Below are positions 1-10,599 of a stretch of 37,878 bases of DNA, in pieces. Every line of letters begins with the position of its first letter. Within the stretch, counting starts at the first letter, position 1. A program made the position numbers and the translations under genes. The notes under the pieces were generated by a model. The model saw nothing but the letters and a program-made list of their open reading frames with translations, made no database searches and had not been told where the DNA came from. The stretch spans positions 427,310 to 465,187 of the forward strand of contig NC_069009.1 in assembly GCF_001194135.2 (NCBI RefSeq). The letters run 5' to 3'. This DNA comes from Octopus bimaculoides. Its lineage: Eukaryota.

Positions 1-570
1 TGAGAGAATGATTTACCACAAGATTTGACAATGCATATTTTCTCTCTGGTATGAACATGTTCATGTATAGTTAAAACATCATTTTCAAAACTGAATTACC
101 ACAGGTATTGCAATGTTATGGCTTCTCTCCTATATGTGTGTGTTTGTGTCTAGTCAAAGCACACATTTGAGAGAATGACTACCACAGATATCACAATATG
201 GCTTCTCTCCTGTATGAATAAATTTGAGTCTTTTTAAGTAACTGACATCAGAAAATAATTTCTCCAGGATGTATCCAATTGTGATTAGTTACATCAACAT
301 TTTTAGTGAATAATTTACCACAGGTATCACAACAATCTGGCTTCTGGCCTGTGTGAATATATGTGTGACAAGCTTAAGTGCTATTTCCAGAAAATGATTT
401 ATATATATATATATATAACTGATATGTCTTTTTCCCAGTATGAATACGTTTATTGGCTATTGCAAAACAAAGATTTTCCATCAATATCACAATGATATGG
501 CTTCTCTCCTGAATGAATGTCTGTGATTCGTCAAGTGACTACTTTGAGAGAATAATTTTTACCACACATA
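1..570 (-). pseudogene. Decayed C2H2 finger units (about 6-7) downstream of the ZNF-A stop, probably 3' UTR
   Basis: Reverse strand keeps recognisable TGTGGTAAATCATT / GAGAAGCCATATCATTGTGAT units but with stops and indels. Confidence 0.8.
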
Positions 571-1791
571 TCAGTGATATGGTTTCTCCCTTGTATAAAT
601 ACATTTGTGACTAGTTCCAGAAAAGGATTTACCACAGATACCACAATCATATGGTTTCTCACCTGTATGAATATGTTTGTGCCTAGTCATGTTACTATTT
701 CTGGAGAATGATTTACCACAGATACCACAGTGATATTGTTTTTCCCCAATATGAATGCTTTTGTGTTTAGCTAAATTATTATTTTGAGAGAATGATTTAC
801 CACAGATATCACAATGATATGGTTTCTCTCCTGTATGACTACGTTTGTGTTTAGTCACAATGCTACTTTCAGAAAATGATTTACCACAAATATCACAATG
901 ATATGGCTTCTCTCCTGTATGTGTCCGTCTGTGTTTAATTAAGACATTCTTGTAAGAGAATGATTTACCACAGATATCGCAATGATATGGCTTCTCTCCT
1001 GTATGAATGCGTTTGTGTTGAGTTAAACTGCTACTTGCAGAAAATGACTTACCACAGATATCACAGTCATATGGTTTTTCCCCAGTATGAATACGTTTGT
1101 GAATAGTCAAGGCACCACTTTGAGAAAATGATTTACCACAAATATCACAAGGATATGGCTTCTCTCCAGTATGTGTACGTTTGTGTGATGTCAACTCACC
1201 ACTTTGTGAGAATGATTTACCACAAATATCACAATGATATGGCTTCTCTCCTGTATGCGTAGGTCTGTGCTTAGTCAAGTCACCACTCTGAGTGAATGAT
1301 TTACCACAGGTATTGCAATGATATGGCTTCTCTCCTATATGAACACCTTTGTGAATAGTCAAGACACTCTTTCCAGACAATGATTTACCACAGACGTCAC
1401 AGTCATGTGGTTTTTCCCCAGTATGAATACGTCTATGACTAGTTAAGGCACCACTTTGAGAGAATGATTTACCACAGATATCACAATGATATGGCTTCTC
1501 TCCTGTATGTGTACGTTTGTGTATATTCAAGTTCCCACTCTGAAAGAATGATTTACCACAGATACTACAATGATATGGCTTTACTCCAGTATGAATACAT
1601 TTGTGACAAGTCAATTGACCACTTGTGTAGAATGATTTGCCACAAATATCACAATGAAATAGCTTCTCTCCAGCATGTGTACATTTGTGTTTAGTCAAGT
1701 CACTTCTTCCAGAGAATGATTTACCACAGACATCACAGGAATACAGTTTTTCACTTGTATTAGGGTTTTCAGATTTAGTTAAATTATTCAT
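571..1791 (-). CDS. ZNF-A: C2H2 zinc-finger array protein, 406 aa, 13 intact fingers plus 1 shortened finger
   Basis: Open frame of 28-aa CxxC-12x-HxxxH repeats with TGEKP-type linkers after a 16-aa leader. The stop is a Cys codon changed TGT to TGA. Confidence 0.9.
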   Translation of the reverse strand: MNNLTKSENPNTSEKLYSCDVCGKSFSGRSDLTKHKCTHAGEKLFHCDICGKSFYTSGQLTCHKCIHTGVKPYHCSICGKSFFQSGNLNIHKRTHTGEKPYHCDICGKSFSQSGALTSHRRIHTGEKPHDCDVCGKSLSGKSVLTIHKGVHIGEKPYHCNTCGKSFTQSGDLTKHRPTHTGEKPYHCDICGKSFSQSGELTSHKRTHTGEKPYPCDICGKSFSQSGALTIHKRIHTGEKPYDCDICGKSFSASSSLTQHKRIHTGEKPYHCDICGKSFSYKNVLIKHRRTHTGEKPYHCDICGKSFSESSIVTKHKRSHTGEKPYHCDICGKSFSQNNNLAKHKSIHIGEKQYHCGICGKSFSRNSNMTRHKHIHTGEKPYDCGICGKSFSGTSHKCIYTREKPYH

Positions 1792-1940
1792 TATGAAAGA
1801 ATATCTATATAAATAGGATGATGTATTGATGAAGGCTCCTTATAAATATATCGTCTTCTTTAGTTTGATGAAAGTTGATAAAAATATCAAAGGCACATTT
1901 GATTGAAGAACTTTCTTTTACGACAACTTGATGTGATATT

Positions 1941-1965
1941 CTGAAAAAGGAAAAGAAGCAGAAAG
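1941..1965 (-). other. Predicted splice acceptor of ZNF-A (coding exon starts at 1940)
   Basis: Pyrimidine tract plus TTTCAG|AATATCAC, conserved upstream of A, B, C, D, E, G and H. Confidence 0.7.
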
Positions 1966-2119
1966 ATTAAGAGGATAGTTAAATGATACAGTAATTCAAC
2001 ATTTTATAACATCAACATTGTCATCCGCTTAATGTCAATGTCTGCAAGGGTCAGAGTTCATTTAGACATTGAAAAACTGGCATACCTACACAAGTGTGCT
2101 ACACCCTAAATTTGTTTCT

Positions 2120-2535
2120 TCCGAGCGAGATCGTTGTAGGTACCCCTGGGCTGGCTCTTGTGCGGGTGACACATCAAATGCACCATTTTGAGCGTGACCG
2201 TCGCCAGTGCCGCCTGGCTGGCCTTTGTGGGTTTTTCGAGAGGGATCGTTGCCAGTGCCCCTGGGCTGGCTCTTGTGCGGGTGGCACATGGAGTGCACCA
2301 TTTTGGGCGTGGCCATTGCCGGTGCCAGTACCGCCTGACTGGCCTTCGTGCGGGTGACACGTAAAAGCACCCACTACACTCTCTGAGTGGTTGGCGTTAG
2401 GAAAGGCATCCAGCTGTAGAAACTTTGCCAGATCAGATTGGAGCCTGGTGTAGCCATCTGGTTTCACCAGTCCTCAGTCAAATCGTCCAACCCATGCTAG
2501 CATGGAAAGCGGACGTTAAACGATGAAACGATTAT
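2120..2535 (+). mobile_element. SINE-like element, family B, with internal tandem subunits; inserted in the ZNF-A intron
   Basis: The 3' part matches 16954-17214 and ends GGACGTTAAACGATGA. It is absent from the homologous intron of ZNF-C. Confidence 0.7.
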
Positions 2536-3139
2536 GATATCTTTCAAAAACAATCAATGTTTGATATGTCTAAGACGAGGGAACATATTTTCTCAATCTT
2601 TCTATGTGATTACTGTAACTTCGAAGGGTTCTGTTATGTACGGGTAGAATCATTAGCATGCTGGACAAAATGCTTAACAGCATATCATTCAGCTTGTCGG
2701 TGTGTTGTTTATTTTGCTTCGATCGGTGACACACTTTGAGGGCGAGTACGATCAGCCATTTAAGTCTCCAGACGGCTCTCCTGTCCAAACTGAAGTCCCT
2801 TCTCTGTGGACCAACTTGCTAGCTGAGTTGGTCGTACTCGTATGTGCCGCTGCTCCTGTTCTCTTCTACTTCTCTACTAGAAACGTTTACTTTGGAATTT
2901 ACTTCTATTGAGAAAAAAAAATCGTGTGCATGTTATTTTTAACGAAAGTTTTCTTATGACGGCTTCTCTTCACTGTCTAGAAATCTACGGATGCACATAC
3001 GCACATAATAGAGAAAAATGAAACAAATATGGACGACTTGCTCCGAAACACCACCGAGTGGGGAACGCTTCTCAAAAATAACCTGCAGTTGTTTCCTTCA
3101 AAATTCCTACTTGCTCGAAATGTACATACATCAAGGTAT

Positions 3140-3370
3140 ATTTGTAGAAAATTTCACGAAAAAATATTAATTTTCCTGGAAGTTAAGAATTTAAGTGGAC
3201 TCTGTTGGAATTTCCGAAAATTGTCCCCCACCCCCATTCCAAAACACTTTCACCGGAAATTGTATATTTGGATTCTACATAGTAAATACTATATGCATAG
3301 AAAATTTCATTAAAAAATATTCATTTTTCTGAAAGTTATGACCTCCCAAAGTCTGGGGGGTAAAACCCTG
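3140..3370. repeat. Unclassified repeat, possibly a DNA-transposon remnant
   Basis: Imperfect direct repeat TAGAAAATTTCA..AAAAAATATT.ATTTT.CTG.AAGTTA at about 3144 and 3298. No ends identified. Confidence 0.3.
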
Positions 3371-3633
3371 TAGTTATGCCTATTTTAGCTATTTTTTGTT
3401 TGTTTTGTTTTTTATGTGTACATGGTAGTCTCATTTTCATAAAGTGTGCTCTGCAGTCCATGCTATGTAATTGGAAATCTCAGCGCTTTATGGGTTAAGA
3501 CGAGGAAATATATTTTCCCAATGATGTTATCGCTTCGAAATAATTACTGTAACATCGAGAGGTTGACATAATTCTATTATTTACATTATTATCAACACCA
3601 TAACAGCCTTAAAGTAAATCTTTGTCAACTTAC

Positions 3634-3810
3634 CGTATTATGATATAAACGAGTCAGTGACCGGCTATAAATCACACTAATTAGTAATTTAATTGCAGTG
3701 TTGTATAAGTTATTTCCCTTGATGTAATTCGTTTATTCAATTCTTCGATAAATGGCCTTACTGACTTGTTCGTTTCGTTCCAGTCTTTTTCTTTGTCCCA
3801 TTTCAAATTT
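3634..3810 (-). promoter_or_regulatory. Predicted non-coding first exon / promoter module of ZNF-A (donor at 3633)
   Basis: Reverse strand reads ATGGGACAAAG...CTGGAACGAAACGAAC...ATACG|GTAAGTTGACAAAGATTTACTTTAAGG, a block repeated once per gene. Confidence 0.65.
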
Positions 3811-3870
3811 TCATATGATTGTTTTAACAAAGTCTACTTAACATTATTCCTACCTCTATACTCCACTCTG

Positions 3871-4155
3871 GTGGAGGCGCGCAATGGCCCAGTGGTTAGG
3901 GCAGCGGACTCGCGGTTTCGCTTCCCAGACCNNNNNNNNNNNNNNNNNNNNNNNNNNNNNNNNNNNNNNNNNNNNNNNNNNNNNNNNNNNNNNNNNNNNN
4001 NNNNNNNNNNNNNNNNNNNNNNNNNNNNNNNNNNNNNNNNNNNNTACGTTAAGGGTACACGTGTCTGTGGAGTGCTCAGCCACTTGCACGTTAATTTCAC
4101 GAGCAGGCTGTTCCGTTGATCGGATCAACTGGATACCTCGACGTCGTGCCAACAA
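3871..4155 (+). mobile_element. tRNA-derived SINE, family A (spans a 113-N gap)
   Basis: A box TGGCCCAGTGG and a B-box-like GGTTTCGCTTCC. An 11-bp target-site duplication ACTCCACTCTG lies at 3860-3870 and 4156-4166. Confidence 0.85.
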
Positions 4156-4594
4156 ACTCCACTCTGATTTAACGATAACTGCTCCTCTATTCCATTTCGT
4201 AATCCTCACACGTCTTCTTGGGACTCCCTCTTTCACAGGTTTCAGCCACTTTCAATGATCAGCACTTCTTTATACAGCTGTCCTTATTCATACACAGCAC
4301 ACATCCAAACCAGCGTAATCTTCTCTCTTGCATGCTACATTTGATTCCTCATGCCCAACTTTTCCCTCAATACATTTGAACTTTGCCATACATATACACT
4401 GATGTTGCACATACTAGCTTCACCACTACACTAACAGAGTCACCAAGTTCATGGCAAGAGAATAACCTCCAAAACTGGGAATGGGGAAATAGTATCTAAG
4501 AAGTGTGACTCTGTGCCAGTTGAGATATTCAATTCATAGAGGAGACACTGTCTCGATATCGATTAACAAAACAAACACAAAACAGTTACAGTTT

Positions 4595-4720
4595 AACTTT
4601 TTATTCAGTATTCTTTAGAAAAAAATTCCTAAAAATCCAACCACAGGTATTTTCAGTAATCAAGTTATCTCAGAGTCAATATTTTTACAGATGATGACAA
4701 ATTTGAGGTTCGCAGTGACA
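4595..4720 (-). terminator. Conserved 3' terminal block with AATAAA (4600-4605) for ZNF-B
   Basis: Homologous to the blocks downstream of E (21426), F (29368) and G (33941). Confidence 0.55.
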
Positions 4721-4814
4721 ATACTGAAATTAATGAAGGAAAAAACACTGTGTTTTAGCTAGCAAAATAGTCTTAATTCTTGTCATGTAATAAATCTTAA
4801 CATTGAGGCATTTA

Positions 4815-5428
<614 letters not shown>

Positions 5429-7840
5429 TCAGGTATGTGTACGTTTGTGTATCGTTAAGTGCGCACTTTGTGCGAATGATTTACCACATACATCACAATG
5501 ATATGGCTTCTCTCCGGTATGTGTGCGCTTGTGTATCGTCAACTTACAAGTTTGTGAGAAGGATTTACCACACACATCGCAATTATATGGTTTCTCTCCT
5601 GTATGCATACGTTTATGTTGAGTCAAGGCACTACTTCGAGAGAATGATTTCCCACAGATATCACAGTGATAGGGCTTCTCTCCTGTATGTGAACGTTTGT
5701 GACTAGTTACGTCACCTCTTCTAGAGAATGGTTTACCACACATATCGCAATGATATGGCTTCTCTCCTGTATGTGTAAGATTGTGTTTAGTCAAGTGACC
5801 GTTCTGAGAGAATGATTTACCACAAATATCACAATGATAGGGTTTCTCTCCTGTATGCAAACGTTTGTGCCTAGTCAACGTAGTACTATCAGAGTATGAT
5901 TTACCACAGATATCGCAATGACATGGCTTCTCCCCGGTATGTGTACGTTTGTGTGTAGTCAAGCACCCACTATAGGAGAATGATTTACTACAGATATCGC
6001 AATGATATGGTTTCTCTCCGGTATGTGTACGTTTGTGAATAATCAAGACACTACTTCGAGAGAATGATTTACCACAGGTATTGCAATGATATGGTTTTAC
6101 TCCAGTATGAATGCGTTTGTGACGAGTCAATTGACCACTTGTGTAGAATGATTTGCCACAAATATCACAATGATATGGCTTCTCTCCTGTATGTGTACGT
6201 TTGTGTGATATCAATTGACTACCTCCGGAGAATGATTTACCACAAATATCACAATGATATGGCTTCTCTCCTGTATGTGTACGTTTGTGTGATGTCAACT
6301 CACCACTTTGTGAGAATGATTTACCACAAATATCACAATGATAGGGCTTCTCTCCTGTATGTGTACGTTTGTGTGATGTCAATTGACTACTTCCAGAGAA
6401 TGATTTACCACAAATATTGCAATGATAGGGCTTCTCTCCTGTATGTGTACGTTTGTGTGATGTCAATTGACTACTTCCAGAGAATGATTTACCACAAATA
6501 TCGCAATTATATGGTTTCTCTCCTGTATGTGTACGTTTGTGACTAATCAAGGTACCAATTCGAAAGAATGATTTACCACAGGTATTGCAATGATATGGTT
6601 TTACTCCAGCGTGAATATATTTGTGATAAGTCAATTGACCACGACTGTAGAATGATTTGCCACAAATATCACAATGAAATGGCTTCTCTCCTGTATGTTT
6701 ACGTTTGTGTGCTGTCCAGGCACCACTGTCAGAGAATGATTTACCACAAGTATCACAATGATATGGCTTCTCTCCTGTATGTGTACGTTTGTGCTTAGTC
6801 AAGTGATATCTTACAGAGAATGATTTACCACAGATATCACAATGATATGGCTTCTCTCCTGTATGTGTTCGGTTGTGCCTAGTCAAGTGACCACTTTCAG
6901 AGAATGATTTACCACAAATATCACAATGATATGGCTTCTCTCCAGTATGTGTACGTTTGTGTCCAGTCAATGTACCACGTAGAGAGTATGATTTACCACA
7001 GATATCGCAATTATATGGTTTCTCTCCTGTATGTGTACGTTTATGTGTAGTCAAGGCACTACTTTGATAGAATGATTTACCACAGATATCACAATGATGC
7101 GTCTTCTTTCCTGTATGTGTAAGTTTGTGTATTCTCAAGTGACTACTTCCAGAGAATGATTTACCACATATATCGCAATGATATGGCTTCTCTCCTGTAT
7201 GTCTATGCTTGTGTGTAGTCAAGTGACCGTTCTTAGAGAATGATTTACCACAGATATCGCAATTATATGGCTTCTCTCCTGTATGTGTACGTTTGTGTGT
7301 AGTCAAGTCACCATTTCCACAGAATGATTTACCACAGATATCGCAATGATACGGCTTCTCTCCGGTATGTGTACGTTTGTGTCTTGTCAAGGCACTATTA
7401 TGAGAGAATGATTTACCACAGATATCACAATGATATGGCTTCTCTCCTGTATGTGTAAGATTGTGTTTAGTCAAATGATAACTCTGAGAGAACGATTTAC
7501 CACAGATATTACAATGATATGGCTTTTCTCCAGTATGAATACGTTTGTGACAAGTCACTTGACCACTTGTGTAGAATGATTTGCCACAAATATCACAATG
7601 ATATGGCTTCTCTCCTGTATGTATACGTCTGTGTGCTGTCAAGTGACTACTTGTAGAGAATGATTTACCACAGATATCGCAATGATATGGCTTCTCTCCG
7701 GTATGTGTACGTTTGTGTATATTCAAGGCACTAATACAAGAGAATGATTTACTGCAGATATTACAGTGATATGGTTTCTCTCCTGCAACAGTGTTTTTTG
7801 GTTTAGTTAAATCATTCATTATGAGAGAATAACTTTCCAT
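5429..7840 (-). CDS. ZNF-B: C2H2 zinc-finger array protein, 803 aa, 28 fingers (alternative ATG at 7819)
   Basis: 23-aa leader plus 28 uninterrupted 28-aa fingers. The stop replaces the linker Gly codon (GGA to TGA). Confidence 0.92.
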   Translation of the reverse strand: MESYSLIMNDLTKPKNTVAGEKPYHCNICSKSFSCISALNIHKRTHTGEKPYHCDICGKSFSTSSHLTAHRRIHTGEKPYHCDICGKSFYTSGQVTCHKRIHTGEKPYHCNICGKSFSQSYHLTKHNLTHTGEKPYHCDICGKSFSHNSALTRHKRTHTGEKPYHCDICGKSFCGNGDLTTHKRTHTGEKPYNCDICGKSFSKNGHLTTHKHRHTGEKPYHCDICGKSFSGSSHLRIHKLTHTGKKTHHCDICGKSFYQSSALTTHKRTHTGEKPYNCDICGKSYSLRGTLTGHKRTHTGEKPYHCDICGKSFSESGHLTRHNRTHTGEKPYHCDICGKSFSVRYHLTKHKRTHTGEKPYHCDTCGKSFSDSGAWTAHKRKHTGEKPFHCDICGKSFYSRGQLTYHKYIHAGVKPYHCNTCGKSFFRIGTLISHKRTHTGEKPYNCDICGKSFSGSSQLTSHKRTHTGEKPYHCNICGKSFSGSSQLTSHKRTHTGEKPYHCDICGKSFSQSGELTSHKRTHTGEKPYHCDICGKSFSGGSQLISHKRTHTGEKPYHCDICGKSFYTSGQLTRHKRIHTGVKPYHCNTCGKSFSRSSVLIIHKRTHTGEKPYHCDICSKSFSYSGCLTTHKRTHTGEKPCHCDICGKSYSDSTTLTRHKRLHTGEKPYHCDICGKSFSQNGHLTKHNLTHTGEKPYHCDMCGKPFSRRGDVTSHKRSHTGEKPYHCDICGKSFSRSSALTQHKRMHTGEKPYNCDVCGKSFSQTCKLTIHKRTHTGEKPYHCDVCGKSFAQSAHLTIHKRTHT

Positions 7841-8260
7841 ACGTATTCCAATGAAAGTGTCTTTTTCATTTCTATGAATGTGTTTGGGTTCAGTTGAATC
7901 ACTATTTTCAGAGAATGATTTAATGCTATGTTTCGTTCAGCTGTGATCTTATTTAACACCTAAATCAACAGGGGAAAACTGTCAACTCCTTTGTAAAGGT
8001 ATCCAAGCTTAATTAACCTGTAAAGCAATCATCTCCTCTATATTCCAGACAGCAACGACACGAAATTGCACGAAAATCCATTATCCAGAAGAAATATTTT
8101 GCAATATTCTTTCATAGATTTTTCTTCATATAAAGAGGTCGATGTATTGATGAATGTCCTTATAGATATCTCGTTTTCCTTTAGTCAATAAAGGTTGATG
8201 AAAATATCAAAGGCACATCTGAATGAAGAAATTTCTTTTCTGTCAACAGGATGTGATATT

Positions 8261-8285
8261 CTGAAATAAAGAAAAAGAAACAGTA
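8261..8285 (-). other. Predicted splice acceptor of ZNF-B (exon starts at 8260)
   Basis: Pyrimidine tract plus TTTCAG|AATATCACATCC. Confidence 0.7.
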
Positions 8286-8953
8286 AGCTAAAGAGGATAA
8301 TGAAACGACATAATAATTCAACATTGTAAATATTACAACATTAACATTGTCATCCGTTTAATAACTATGTTTGCATGGATCATAGTCCAATGGGGCATTG
8401 AAACTTTTACAACATTCTGTATATAAATGAATTGTTTCTACCTTTCTCTCTCTAATTCATTATCTCTTTCACTTTTCTAGGACTAAATTATACTTATATA
8501 TCATTCCTGCATGTGAACCACTAATACAGCCCCTTTACTTTTCTCTTTTTCTCATCCCTCTCTCTCGAAAAGTGCATGCTTGAAACATCAAAAACTTCAC
8601 CATTTTACCTGAGTGTTACACTAATACACCTGCTTGTCATTCCCTCACATGCCTCGGTGTTTTGTTTTGTTTACATGTGAACCATACACACACATATGTG
8701 CGAATGAGTGAATATGTGTGTGTGCATGTATATATATATATATGGGAAGAGCCGTTTTAACGATGCGTCCTGCCCAGCTCTTCGAATCGCCGGTGTTAAA
8801 ACGGGGGTAGCTGATGAAGAAGAATGTTCTCTGTGTGGCTTGTGTTTTCTCGTCTTCGTTTTGTTTGCAATGTCCTGTACCCAGATATGCACCTATACAT
8901 ACAGGTGGATGTCGGTATGTACATACCTGTATATATATATGCATATACTCATT

Positions 8954-8956
<3 letters not shown>

Positions 8957-8990
<34 letters not shown>
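8957..8990. repeat. (TA)n microsatellite
   Basis: Direct reading. Confidence 0.95.
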
Positions 8991-8993
<3 letters not shown>

Positions 8994-8998
8994 TTTTA

Positions 8999-9279
8999 GG
9001 GAAAAGAACCAAGTTTCAAGAACTCATCGATGAAAATCCACCATCACATATAGAAAAATTAATAAGTAAAAGCACAATAAATGAGTATAATATAAAACAA
9101 AGTAAATATCATAAGATAAAGATAGTAAAATATCATAAGATAAGATACTATCTTTATCTTATGATATTCACTTTGTTTTATATTATACTCATTTATTGTG
9201 CTTTTAATTATTAATTTTTCTATATGTGATGGTGGATTTTCATCGATGAGTTTTTACCTGTAATTTTGGATTTTGTCCC
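8999..9279. mobile_element. Foldback / MITE-like element with 107-bp inverted arms
   Basis: 9021-9127 is the reverse complement of 9146-9252 with 2 mismatches and an 18-nt spacer. Imperfect outer arms read TA|GGGA...TCCC|TA. Confidence 0.75.
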
Positions 9280-9324
9280 TAATATTATTATTATATATAT
9301 ATATATGTTTACACACATATGTGA

Positions 9325-9330
<6 letters not shown>

Positions 9331-9400
<70 letters not shown>
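9331..9400. repeat. (TA)n microsatellite
   Basis: Direct reading. Confidence 0.95.
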
Positions 9401-9402
<2 letters not shown>

Positions 9403-10215
9403 TATATAAAATAGACCTGTCTGTGTGTGTGTATTCGCTTTTCACGCAAAAAATGGTTGCGCAAATTGCTTCCATATTTGGGATGCATGAATAATTTGTC
9501 CTTGGATACATAATACTGTCTACTTTATTTATTTTTTTTTTTTTTAAATAAATAATATTGCTTTATATTTATGATTCACTTCTTAGAAACAGTTACTCAG
9601 TGTCAACTTCCGGTATTGACATAGCAACGGCAAAAAATTTTCTGTTTTCATTTGCAAAGTCATTCACTCTCTAATTTAATAAACAAGGGTTTTAGATGCT
9701 GCAATGCAGACCGGCAGTCAGCAGATAAATAAAACTTAACCAAATATTACACCTGGAGGAACAATAAATGGCACAAGAACTTCAAGAGACAAAGCATGAC
9801 ATCACAGACTCGGTTACGTTTGTGAATGAACGTGAAACTAAGCTTCTTCCAGAATGATGCTCTGCATTTGATCGAATTCTTTGCATTTTATTATTATTTT
9901 TTTTGGTATTACGAATTCAGAATTGATTTCCCAATTGAAGAATAAACCGAATTTGGAATAAAAATACATAATTTCCTTTATATCACAAGTAACAGTTAAT
10001 CATAAGTTCTCATAAACAATAGATCAACATTTCTGTTTGGAAGTTCTTATTTAAGACGAGCAAATATATTTTCCTAATGTTATGTTTTCGATTCGAAATA
10101 ATTACTGTAACATTGAGAAGTTCACATAATACTATTATTTAAATGATTATTAGTATTAGTATTATTATTATTATTATTACCATTACAACCTTAAAGTAAA
10201 TCTTTGTCAACTTAC

Positions 10216-10345
10216 CGTATTCAGAAACAAACAGCGAATCAGTGATCGGTAATTGATTACACTAATTAATTATTTAATTGAACGGAGACGGAAATGTTCC
10301 AGTAGTTATTTTTCTTGATATAATTGGATTTCTTCGACACGCCTA
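10216..10345 (-). promoter_or_regulatory. Predicted non-coding first exon of ZNF-B (donor at 10215; 5' limit uncertain)
   Basis: Reverse strand reads AATTACCGATCACTGATTCGCTGTTTGTTTCTGAATACG|GTAAGTTGACAAAG. Confidence 0.65.
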
Positions 10346-10358
10346 CAGATAAGCTCAT

Positions 10359-10570
10359 GGAGGCACAATGGCCCAGTGGTTAGTGCAGCGGACTCGCAGT
10401 CATAGAATCGCGGTTTCGATTCCCAGACCGGGCGTTGTGAGTGTTTATTGAGGCTCCGGCAGGGGATGGTGGCGAACCCTGCTGTACTTTTCCACCACAA
10501 CTTTCTCTCACGCTTTCTTCCTGTTCCTGTTGTACCTGTAATTCAAAGCCTTGTCACGCTGAATATCCCC
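10359..10570 (+). mobile_element. tRNA-derived SINE family A, 5' half only
   Basis: A box TGGCCCAGTGG and B box GGTTTCGATTCC. Homology to the other copies ends at GAATATCCCC. Confidence 0.85.
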
Positions 10571-10599
10571 TGGTACAAATGGCGTCCCTCCAAACCAGA

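Noticed and set aside
2086-2467. Overlapping GC-rich ORFs of 84-97 aa (also 16950-17141)
   Set aside because: They fall wholly within the family B SINE, have no domain similarity and are not preserved between copies.
5429-7771. Regular 84-bp repeats with a variable core that superficially resemble a CRISPR array
   Set aside because: The period is exactly 28 codons, the variable part is the recognition helix in an open frame, the context is eukaryotic and no cas genes are present.
8811-8850. CTGATGAAG, a possible second hammerhead core (also CTGATGAG at 34901)
   Set aside because: No GAAA box follows a closable stem II. The 34901 site is cut by a SINE.
8645-9511. ORFs rich in YIYI / CVCM
   Set aside because: They are translations of (TA)n and (TG)n microsatellites and the AT-rich foldback.
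9600-9640. ACTTCCGGT (ETS-like) and CATAGCAAC (RFX-like) motifs suggesting a promoter
   Set aside because: The stretch aligns with the degraded second donor module seen in C, E and F, so ancestry explains it.
10359-10430. tRNA-like sequences at SINE heads (also 3871, 11480, 20640, 23628 and 36023)
   Set aside because: They continue directly into a shared SINE body, several have target-site duplications, and they lack a complete acceptor stem, so they are not tRNA genes.
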